Positions 56,271 through 64,000 of a DNA stretch of 64,000 nucleotides are shown piece by piece. Positions within the stretch are counted from its first letter, which is position 1. Each line of letters begins with the position of its first letter. The stretch covers positions 1-64,000 of the IMG/VR virus record IMGVR_UViG_3300042868_011620; one strand, 5' to 3'. Under the pieces are notes generated by a model. It was not told the origin of the DNA. It worked only from the letters and a program-made list of their open reading frames with translations, and did no database searches. The stretch comes from a virus. The position numbers and the translations under genes are program-made.

Positions 56271-58245
56271 TGATTTGGTTTGAGTGGTAAAGGATTGCTG
56301 CGGATAAGTCGTCTTCTAGTTGATGCTCCGCCAAAATGGATAAGATTTCCTCTTTTGGTTGCAAAAGAGAAATTTGTTCAAAGTCGTTTACACAAGAACT
56401 AGCACAAGATGCCCAATTTTCTGCATCTTTAGAAACAATAACTTTCTCGCACAGTTGATCTAGGATGTTAGACTGCTGTTCTGAAAGAGTTTTAATTTTA
56501 AATTTCTTTTTGAGAGAGGCATCTGCCAAAGCTCTCATTTGCTCCATTTTTTTAATGGTAGAGTGAATGTTTTTAACAGAGTATTCAGCTTTAACAATGG
56601 GAATGCCAGTTGTTCCCTGTGGTCGTCCAGGCACTTTGTTAGTAGCATTGATTTTGCCGCCTTCTGGAGTTGGAGGAGCGATGAAAGGAATACCACCAAC
56701 GATAGGATTGTAGTATCCATCTTTTCTCTCGTTGATATAAGCAGACTGAGCTGGAGCAATGTCTTCTGGTTTTGGAAATTTGCCAGTTTGGAACATTTCC
56801 ATGCCTTGTTGAGGAGTGAGAATGCCAAGCTCCATTAAACGACTAGAAACTCTCATGAGTTGAGTTTGATCTCTAATGTCAATGTCTCTGAAGTGTGCTG
56901 TGGGATAAGATCTAAAGCCAAGATTTTTAGCTATGCGTTTAATCTCAACTTGCAAAAAGTCGTTCAAGAAAGCGTTGCGAGATTCTTTTAAACGATCAAC
57001 AAAAATCTGAGCTTTAACTTCTGTGGCACTATATTTTTCCTCGCCAACAATGATGTTTTGCAACCCTTGCTTAATGTCTTCATTTAACACTTTGTATTTT
57101 TCAGAACCAAGAACTTTGTTTAGATCTGGAAGAATAAAATCCGCTTTTGTAGTATAGTCTGAAACTAAAACTCTGCCAACACTCTCATTTCTAAACAAGC
57201 CTTGCATAGCTTGCAAATTATTAGCATTAATGCCGCCCTTGTCTGGATCTGTACCCATTGTAATGAGCAGAATAACATTCTCGACAGTGCGAGTAATTGC
57301 TTGATCCATTTTCTTCAACTCTAATTTAGCGTTGATGTCTTCTAACACTGAAAATCCAAATGGAACTGCAAACGGTTCGTAGTCTTGCTTTTTATAGAAT
57401 GAATAACTTAATTTAGATGGATCAAGTTCAATTTTCAAGCCATCCGTAAAGTAAGTTCCTATTTTAATCTGCTCTCTCACCTTTGGTGGTAGACCATTTA
57501 AAATATCTCTGTCCTCTTCAGTAACAGGAGTTTGAAGGCGAGAGAGTTCGTACTCTGAAAGAATTTTTTCGTAGAGTCCAACTGCAAAACTAGAGCTTCT
57601 CTTGGCAACAACGTCAAAAGGATTGAGTAAAATATATTTAACAGGAATAGAATTGTTAATTTTGGACACTTCGCCAAGTTGCTTTACTAAAAGAGCAAAA
57701 TCATCAGCTTTAAATTTGCCATCAACTCTGTACAAGAAAATATTTCCTCCTCTGTAATACTCTCTAAAGTACTGATCTTTCAAGTTCCAAATTTTAATGC
57801 GTTTAAACCACTCAGTGAAAAAATCACGACTCTTTTTATTTCCACCCTCTAAGTAAATTTCAGTATTGGCAAACTCAGACATAACGTCAATAGCATTGCG
57901 AAAAACAGAAACGTTAGCGTAAGCTTTTTGACACAATTCGATTGCTTCTCTAACATTAACTCCATCGATAGCATAATCATAAGGCAGCAATCCGTTGCGA
58001 ATGCTGCCGTAACGATCTAGTGTTGGAGCAAAGGCTGAAGCGTTCTTTCTGCTGCTAGTTACAGATGCTGCTTTGCGAGAGTAAGCTGCGTTGGATGAAG
58101 ATTTAAAAGAAGACTGTGAAACATAAAAAGGATCACCAGATAATTCTGGAGAAAAATTGCCCATTTGTGGTGGAATTGCCTCTACAGATGGTTTAGTAAA
58201 ATTAGACCAGTAATCAGACTTTTTAGTATATGCTCTTTTTTCCAT
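56260..58245 (-). CDS. Portal protein
   Basis: 661 aa directly after the terminase; FRNAIDVMSEF, REYYRGGNIF, ILLNP motifs. Confidence 0.78.
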   Translation of the reverse strand: MEKRAYTKKSDYWSNFTKPSVEAIPPQMGNFSPELSGDPFYVSQSSFKSSSNAAYSRKAASVTSSRKNASAFAPTLDRYGSIRNGLLPYDYAIDGVNVREAIELCQKAYANVSVFRNAIDVMSEFANTEIYLEGGNKKSRDFFTEWFKRIKIWNLKDQYFREYYRGGNIFLYRVDGKFKADDFALLVKQLGEVSKINNSIPVKYILLNPFDVVAKRSSSFAVGLYEKILSEYELSRLQTPVTEEDRDILNGLPPKVREQIKIGTYFTDGLKIELDPSKLSYSFYKKQDYEPFAVPFGFSVLEDINAKLELKKMDQAITRTVENVILLITMGTDPDKGGINANNLQAMQGLFRNESVGRVLVSDYTTKADFILPDLNKVLGSEKYKVLNEDIKQGLQNIIVGEEKYSATEVKAQIFVDRLKESRNAFLNDFLQVEIKRIAKNLGFRSYPTAHFRDIDIRDQTQLMRVSSRLMELGILTPQQGMEMFQTGKFPKPEDIAPAQSAYINERKDGYYNPIVGGIPFIAPPTPEGGKINATNKVPGRPQGTTGIPIVKAEYSVKNIHSTIKKMEQMRALADASLKKKFKIKTLSEQQSNILDQLCEKVIVSKDAENWASCASSCVNDFEQISLLQPKEEILSILAEHQLEDDLSAAILYHSNQINEN

Positions 58246-58299
58246 ATTTTCATTTGGATTTACACTAAAATAGTAAAAGTCAACTTTAAAAGTTTAAAG

Positions 58300-61200
58300 T
58301 CAACAAATAAACATTGGTGTGAATCCAATTGGAGCAGCAGCAGCTTCTACTGCCATCATGTCATAATACATGTGCATCATCCAGTTACCCAACACTAAAG
58401 CAGAGTAAGAATCCTTTCGCGCTCTGTTTGCGCCTTTTTGTTTTTTTAGATTTGAGGGTAAATCAAAACTTTGAGTTCCTTGAGTAGAGGTTGTTACTTG
58501 CACAAGAGCGCATTGAACTTTGATTAGTTCAATCATGTCTTTCTGATGCTCAATAAAATCAATCAACTTAGCCCCAGACGATAAGTCCTCTTCAATTTTG
58601 CTATACTTGATATCATCAATGCTAATCTTAGCAGTTTTTTGCCTAGAATAGTCATCATCAATTGCCATGCCCGCGAACCAAATTCTTCTATGATCAAAAG
58701 AACCCTGAAGCAATTCATTAGCATATCTAATCCAAAAAGAACTAGGCTTTCTCAAGTGAACTATCCTTTTGGTTGTTAAATTGTATTGACTTCTAGCCTC
58801 GCGCAAAGATTTGTCGTAATCTGCTATATTGTCAAAATCAAAATCAAAAGTGTCTAGTTTTAAACCGTCTCTTTTAAAAACTTCGCTCTCATTACATGCG
58901 CTCAAAAATTGAACGCCTCCATTGTAGTCTCCCACAACAGCTATAATATTAAAATTACTTAATAAATAGTGAAAATACTCGATGTGCTTTTTCAAGTTGG
59001 TTCCTGCCATAGCATAAGAGTGAACCACGGTTCCTCCTTTTTTAGATGGATTTAATTTGATTAATTGAATGGCAAAATCATCTGATCCATCACTCTCTGA
59101 CCATGAAGGGTCAAAACTAGCAATGTATTCAGCTTTGGATTCTCCCATAATTTCTACACTTTGCCCCTCTCCATCAACTACTGTGCATAAAGCCATTTTA
59201 CTAACTTTAAAATACCCCGAACTGTCGTCTGTAAACACACTGCCAAATTCTCGCTCAAATTGAGACTGACTCATTGTGGCTTTTGCTTGGCTGAGCAAGT
59301 TTTGATCATACAATTGTTGAGGAGCGCAGTCGTAACTAAAATGCATGATCACTCTGTGAGCGCCATCTTGTCGATCTGGATGCATAATGAGTCTTTCGTA
59401 CTCTTGATACAACTTATATAAGTATTCAAACTTGTAGCTTGCTGATGACAAACCAATAATCTTATTGCTTGGCCAGCGATAGCGATCTTCTTCTATCATT
59501 TCTCCCTTGGCTATTAATTTGCTCTCTAAATCGTGAAGCTGCTGTCTTTCTGTGGGATTTTCCACCACAGATAAGAATGGAAGAATAACTTCATTCAAAA
59601 TCTTTTCGGGCATCAAAAGAAGCTCATCAATAATCATTCTTTGAAAGCGAAAACCTCTTAATTTTTCACCATCTCCCAGTGGCAAAGCAGTGATTCTGCT
59701 TCTTCCAATTTCAATAATCCATTCATCATTTGTTTTGGAAATTCTAGTGATGCATTGAGCTAAAAATCCAGCTTTTGGACTTCGAGAGATTTCTTCAATT
59801 TTTCTAAAAATCATTTTCGACTGACGAAATGATTTACTAATAATTCCAATGTGAACTCCTTGATTTAACGTCGCATCTAAGATGGCAAACACTGCTGTAG
59901 AGAAGCTTTTACTCATGCCGCGTGAATTATGATGCACAATGCCGTTGCCCACGTAATTCTCTTCGGAATCAACTGTAATGTCTACTGTGGAAGTTTCGAT
60001 GGAAGTTATAGTTTCAATTTTTGAAAAATAAATATTTTCATTTTTTAAAACTAAAAGAGCCTGTCTATCTTTTTCATCTAAAAATTTTGCTGATAAGGCA
60101 GAGTCTAAACACATGTCTTTTCCAAAGTTTCCTCTCTCTCCAAATAATTTTTGCCACGTTTTATATTTTTTCTTTAGATAAGTTCCTAAATTTGGTACTA
60201 AATTTATTTGATATTTTCTACTTGGAAGATTTAAAACTTCTAATAAATTATCTTGTTTATGATCTGAAATGAATCCAATTCTATCGCTAAATTTTTGATG
60301 TCCACTTTTAGGTATTTTTAAATCATAGTATGGAACATCTTTATGAGATCCGCTATATCTAATAGAAGATTCTACTCCAAAATTATTAAGGAGCATTTTC
60401 ACCTGCCTCAACAATTCAATAGATGTATTCTTTAATCCTAATTTAACTGTTTTTGAATTAGAGTATCTCTTGTCTTTTAAAATGCTGCAATATCCATCTG
60501 CACTAAAAATTCCGCTAATTAAAGCTGCCATTTTTTGCTCATTAATTTGCAAGATAGAATCTGGTATAATTTTATTTTTTGCTTTTAAGGATCTGTCGAA
60601 TCCAATAGATTTTAACCAATCAATTAAGTCTTTACTAGAAATTCCCATTTCTAAAAATCCATTATCAGCTCTTGAGCGGCAAATAATTTTATTTTTAGGA
60701 AAATACTCTTTAGCTTTAGCTATTGTCATGTCAATAACTTTAGAATCTTCGGAGCACCAATGCATAGTATAGTCATCAAAATATCCATCTCCAATCATGT
60801 ATCCTAATAAAAAATACCAATAATCACAATCTTCAATGTTCATCTTTGGAGAGTTCTCCACTAATTGAGCGTCTCCCCAACAGTTCATGCCAAGTTTAAT
60901 TGGTAAGAAATCTTCAGTACTTAAAGTTTCAATCTCTTTAAATTCTAAATCTAAAGTTAAACTATTATAAATTAAAGTTTTATGACCAAGCTTTGCCTTA
61001 AAAGAATCGCCAGAAAATGTTTTAATATATAATCCTTTTTCATTTGGAGCATTGAATTTTTTATCAGTAACTAGATTTAATTTATTTCTAGATCTTACTC
61101 GTTCTCCAACATTCACATCTTTAATTTTCTTGAAACCACTTTCTGTTAAAACGTATTCGTTTTCATCTAGACACCAAATGCCCAAAAAGTAATCAGAGTC

Positions 61201-61407
61201 CATCATCGCTTTAATAGCCATGTGTTGAAAAGGAAACAAAGAGACTCCTGTCATGAATTCGGAAGTGAACGAGGGATTTTCTTTTAAAAATTTATATAAT
61301 AAAATTTTAGATTTTCTCTCGTCAATAAATCCTTTGGTATTTAGAATTTCTTCATTAATTCCTCTGAATTTATTGTGTAGTTTTTGATGTCCAGCTTCCC
61401 AACTCAT
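58300..61407 (-). CDS. terL: Terminase large subunit with intein
   Basis: LFPFQ, spliced Walker A WSRGMSKS, LRGFRF..IIDE Walker B, LSSA, FEREF, nuclease FDPS and KDSYSA. Confidence 0.88.
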   Translation of the reverse strand: MSWEAGHQKLHNKFRGINEEILNTKGFIDERKSKILLYKFLKENPSFTSEFMTGVSLFPFQHMAIKAMMDSDYFLGIWCLDENEYVLTESGFKKIKDVNVGERVRSRNKLNLVTDKKFNAPNEKGLYIKTFSGDSFKAKLGHKTLIYNSLTLDLEFKEIETLSTEDFLPIKLGMNCWGDAQLVENSPKMNIEDCDYWYFLLGYMIGDGYFDDYTMHWCSEDSKVIDMTIAKAKEYFPKNKIICRSRADNGFLEMGISSKDLIDWLKSIGFDRSLKAKNKIIPDSILQINEQKMAALISGIFSADGYCSILKDKRYSNSKTVKLGLKNTSIELLRQVKMLLNNFGVESSIRYSGSHKDVPYYDLKIPKSGHQKFSDRIGFISDHKQDNLLEVLNLPSRKYQINLVPNLGTYLKKKYKTWQKLFGERGNFGKDMCLDSALSAKFLDEKDRQALLVLKNENIYFSKIETITSIETSTVDITVDSEENYVGNGIVHHNSRGMSKSFSTAVFAILDATLNQGVHIGIISKSFRQSKMIFRKIEEISRSPKAGFLAQCITRISKTNDEWIIEIGRSRITALPLGDGEKLRGFRFQRMIIDELLLMPEKILNEVILPFLSVVENPTERQQLHDLESKLIAKGEMIEEDRYRWPSNKIIGLSSASYKFEYLYKLYQEYERLIMHPDRQDGAHRVIMHFSYDCAPQQLYDQNLLSQAKATMSQSQFEREFGSVFTDDSSGYFKVSKMALCTVVDGEGQSVEIMGESKAEYIASFDPSWSESDGSDDFAIQLIKLNPSKKGGTVVHSYAMAGTNLKKHIEYFHYLLSNFNIIAVVGDYNGGVQFLSACNESEVFKRDGLKLDTFDFDFDNIADYDKSLREARSQYNLTTKRIVHLRKPSSFWIRYANELLQGSFDHRRIWFAGMAIDDDYSRQKTAKISIDDIKYSKIEEDLSSGAKLIDFIEHQKDMIELIKVQCALVQVTTSTQGTQSFDLPSNLKKQKGANRARKDSYSALVLGNWMMHMYYDMMAVEAAAAPIGFTPMFIC
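59926..61173 (-). mobile_element. Intein with LAGLIDADG homing endonuclease (416 aa)
   Basis: Starts CLDENEYV, ends YVGNGIVHHN followed by Ser; FLLGYMIGDG and LISGIFSADG motifs. Confidence 0.92.
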
Positions 61408-61413
61408 AATATT

Positions 61414-62340
61414 TTAATAATCTAATAGTCCAACGTTCAAATAATATTGAACATCAACATTTTTCATCACATCTCCTAAAACTAACAGTTTAGGAATTAA
61501 AAATTCGCTGCGTTTTCTACTGCCGCTAAAAACGAACTGACAGCAGTCGCCATACTCTTGCTGAACATCTCTAAGAGCGTGTAAAATAAATTTTAAATTT
61601 ATTTGTCTGCGTTTAAAGATGGTTAAGCTTTCTAATTTGTACAAATCTTCTTCAATCACGATGAACAAGAAACATCCTGCGCTTCTACAGCGCTCAAGTT
61701 CTTTTCTAAAGCGAGCATTTCCAGAAGATAAGGTTCCTGCCAAGTCTTCAATAGATTTTCGGTCTACATAGCAATATTTATAATAATCTCCAGAAACAGC
61801 ATAGTCTCCAGTGTCTAATTTTAACTTTTCAGAATTTTTAAACTCTAGCGGTTTCTGTTCTCTAGTGTCTATAAAAATTTTGACGCTTGAGAAATCATTA
61901 TGAAAACTGCGTGTAATTGAACTCGCGAACATAGGCTTAACGCCGCATTTTTCACATGCAGCAGAATAGCTTCCAAAATGTTTTTTATATAAACTAACAG
62001 GTGGGAGATTGGCAGAATATAATTCAATAGTACTTGGTCCATATTTTAATTCTTTTTTATCTATTCTATTCTTTAAAAGAGACAATATATATTCTGATAC
62101 GATTTCTGGAGGGGAAATTTCGCACCACTTTAATAATTGCTCATAATTGGAAAAATCTTTTTCAAAATATTCACTATAATTTTTAAAAGGAATAAGTTCG
62201 CCAGTTAATTTATTTTTGCGCCTATAGTGCTTGACATAATAATCTCCCAAAAGCATGTTGTGCTTTTTAACGTGAGCGTGCAAGCTTTTTAAAGCATCAA
62301 ACTCTGAATTGCATTCTTGACATTTAAAGCACATCTTCAA
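61414..62340 (-). CDS. C2H2 zinc finger plus ERCC4/XPF-like nuclease
   Basis: CQEC...HVKKH finger; IDTREQKP, LDTGDY, VDRKSIEDL ERCC4 motifs. Confidence 0.8.
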   Translation of the reverse strand: MKMCFKCQECNSEFDALKSLHAHVKKHNMLLGDYYVKHYRRKNKLTGELIPFKNYSEYFEKDFSNYEQLLKWCEISPPEIVSEYILSLLKNRIDKKELKYGPSTIELYSANLPPVSLYKKHFGSYSAACEKCGVKPMFASSITRSFHNDFSSVKIFIDTREQKPLEFKNSEKLKLDTGDYAVSGDYYKYCYVDRKSIEDLAGTLSSGNARFRKELERCRSAGCFLFIVIEEDLYKLESLTIFKRRQINLKFILHALRDVQQEYGDCCQFVFSGSRKRSEFLIPKLLVLGDVMKNVDVQYYLNVGLLDY

Positions 62341-63376
62341 TTGAAATTCCTAAAACTCTAGCTTTCCAGTCAGCCATTCCTTCAATCTTTTCAGCCTCAT
62401 CTTTTACTAGTTGCCGCTGCATTTCAGCAATGCGAACCATGTTGACTCTCTCTTCCTCATCTTGAAAAAATTGAACCAGTGATAATATAGAAGAATTCTC
62501 TTTGTGGCGACTCTTCATTCGCTCAGATCGATCTCCTTGCAGTTTTTTTGTTAAGTTTTCAATGCGACTTTCGCATTGATGATATTCTGAGCTTTTAGCT
62601 TTGATGATTTCTGCTAGTCGAACAGTGATTTCGTCATTATCGCTGGCAAGATCAAAAGCGTCGTTTAGTTTGTTCAAATGCTTGCTAACAATTTCTAAGC
62701 TAATGATTTCTTTGCACACGTTCATGTACAAGTTTAGTTCATCAGATGTTAAATCTGGCTTGTCCCATGTTAAGCGAACAAATTCTTCTTCAAACAACAC
62801 TCTGTCTTCTTTGGAAGTGTAGTTATTAACAATTGTTAAAAAACGCGAATTGTTCAAGTTGATTCCCAAGCGATCTATGCAGATTTTGTGCTGTCGGTTG
62901 AGTTTTTCATCTTCTAGTGCGCTGCCAGTAGCATCGTTGATTTTTTTAACAATTCTTCCTGGTGATTTTGGCGCAATGTAGTTGCTTAGGGGAGTGTCAA
63001 CGTCAGAGCTGGGAGTGAAGTCTGGATTCTCTTCTCTAATCACATCTAGCACTCCTCTCTGCTCAATAGACAGTGCTCCCACATCTCGCAGTGGAAAGAT
63101 TAAGCGAGCAATTGCTAAGGAAGATAAGCCAGCGTTAGCATTTGCTAAGATAAACTTTCTTTGCTCTGGAGAAAAATCTAAAGGATCAGCTTTGTCTCGC
63201 TTTGTTGTTTTAAATTTGACTTTGCTGTTGATGAGATAAGATCTAACTAGTCTGCCCTCTTTGCTTCTGCCATCAAGACTGGGACTGTCGAATGCGAAAC
63301 GCACAATCTCATTCAAATCAGTGGTTGATTTGAGAATTTCTAAAATTCTAGCTTCTTGTTCGGGTAGTAGAGTCAT
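62324..63376 (-). CDS. Hypothetical helical/coiled-coil protein (possibly terminase-small-subunit-like)
   Basis: N-terminal HTH-like segment (GLSSLAIARLIF) and coiled-coil C-terminus; upstream of terL. Confidence 0.4.
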   Translation of the reverse strand: MTLLPEQEARILEILKSTTDLNEIVRFAFDSPSLDGRSKEGRLVRSYLINSKVKFKTTKRDKADPLDFSPEQRKFILANANAGLSSLAIARLIFPLRDVGALSIEQRGVLDVIREENPDFTPSSDVDTPLSNYIAPKSPGRIVKKINDATGSALEDEKLNRQHKICIDRLGINLNNSRFLTIVNNYTSKEDRVLFEEEFVRLTWDKPDLTSDELNLYMNVCKEIISLEIVSKHLNKLNDAFDLASDNDEITVRLAEIIKAKSSEYHQCESRIENLTKKLQGDRSERMKSRHKENSSILSLVQFFQDEEERVNMVRIAEMQRQLVKDEAEKIEGMADWKARVLGISIEDVL

Positions 63377-63999
63377 TTGATGATGTCGTTTTGATAAATG
63401 ATTTCTTTCGCCTTGTTTTTGAGCATGTTCTTTAAATTTTTGATTTGCTTGTAGCCAGCTTTGCGGTTTTTTTCGTTAGTTTTATAACCCATGAAATTTG
63501 CCACATCTTCTTCTGATTTTTTTTCTAAAAAAAGCATCACATACACTGTGTAATGCTCTGCTGACAAAGCGTTTTTCATCATCTTGTTCAACTCTTCTAG
63601 TGATGAATCAAAATGAATGTAAGAGTCTTGCTTTTGGTCAACTTCTACGAGATGATTCTCAATAGAGAGAGGCATTTTTATTCCGTAGCCAATTTTTTTT
63701 AATTTTGACCATTTAGCATAGTCACTGCAAGATTCTTCTTGATTGCCAGATGAATTTTTAGCACACAGTGTGCCGCCCATGTTGAATTCGCAGTTCATGC
63801 AGGGACGCACATAGTTTGTGTAGTTGTTTCGGATAATATTTTTGATTTGATTGCTAGTGATTCGCGCAATCCATGGTTCAAGGGGTTTTGTTTCATCCCA
63901 CATGTGCCACTTTTTATAAATGTGCAATTTGACCATTTGAGATACATCCTCAAAATCAAACCAAGCAATAGCTTTTAGCTGCCATTTTTTTTGGAACTT
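63373..63999 (-). CDS. ECF-like sigma factor, 5'-truncated
   Basis: Frame stays open past 63936 (…WFDFEDVSQMVKLHIYKKW..WD....LEPWIARITSNQIKN); Cys insert; HTH SEEDVANFMGY. Confidence 0.7.
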   Translation of the reverse strand, partial: KFQKKWQLKAIAWFDFEDVSQMVKLHIYKKWHMWDETKPLEPWIARITSNQIKNIIRNNYTNYVRPCMNCEFNMGGTLCAKNSSGNQEESCSDYAKWSKLKKIGYGIKMPLSIENHLVEVDQKQDSYIHFDSSLEELNKMMKNALSAEHYTVYVMLFLEKKSEEDVANFMGYKTNEKNRKAGYKQIKNLKNMLKNKAKEIIYQNDIIK

Positions 64000-64000
64000 G

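Larger units (their letters stand above)
9635..58265. promoter_or_regulatory. Recurrent (G/C)TGTA(A) upstream motif, candidate phage late promoter
   Basis: GTGTAA at 9635-40(-), 27410-15(-), 34722-27(-), 46226-31(-), 48308-13(+), 51943-48(-), 58260-65(-); GTGTAT at 24666-71(-); CTGTAAATAA at 50221-30(+) and 55021-30(-). Confidence 0.65.

Noticed and set aside
787-63239. Many 60-130-aa antisense or alternate-frame ORFs (e.g. 787-1161, 38801-39154, 52481-52822, 53109-53498)
   Set aside because: They are shadows of well-supported genes, with no motifs or expression signals.
1-64000. Alternative genetic code, tRNA genes or prophage boundaries
   Set aside because: Genes are full-length and densely packed under the standard code; no cloverleaf, integrase or host gene block was recognised.

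Overview
A 64-kb segment of a large, AT-rich, tailed dsDNA bacteriophage genome, probably a siphovirus-type phage. No host chromosomal genes, integrase, tRNA, rRNA or CRISPR were seen. From left to right: (i) a receptor-binding region (+) with a repeat-rich tail fibre and five tandem LamG/ConA-like paralogues; (ii) a replication/metabolism block (-) with a kinase-fold protein, a ClpA/C-like ATPase, a DNA Pol III alpha split into PHP + DEDDh exonuclease + core genes, a PD-(D/E)XK nuclease, primase, DnaB, RecA, a GDP-sugar/methyltransferase/glycosyltransferase cassette and class I RNR; (iii) a divergent intergenic region packed with GCGAAGC-type DNA hairpins (candidate origin); (iv) a + strand block with dUTPase, dNMP kinase, sigma factor, SSB, glycosyltransferase and Hsp20; (v) morphogenesis genes: beta-helical fibre, three tail-tube paralogues, a 2852-aa tape measure, chaperones, neck, capsid, protease/scaffold, portal, intein-containing terminase, an ERCC4 nuclease and a second sigma factor. 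The most striking signal is inside the tape measure. A repeated [SAG]AxG[FY][ILV]PN[FY]A motif delimits AT-rich cassettes, two of which carry PD-(D/E)XK nuclease-like motifs, which suggests a processed, virion-delivered effector polyprotein. Two promoter classes are also visible (TTGAC-type about 33-36 nt before ATG, and a (G/C)TGTAA motif before mostly structural genes), implying many leaderless or short-leader mRNAs. All calls come from motif reading only; no searches were run.
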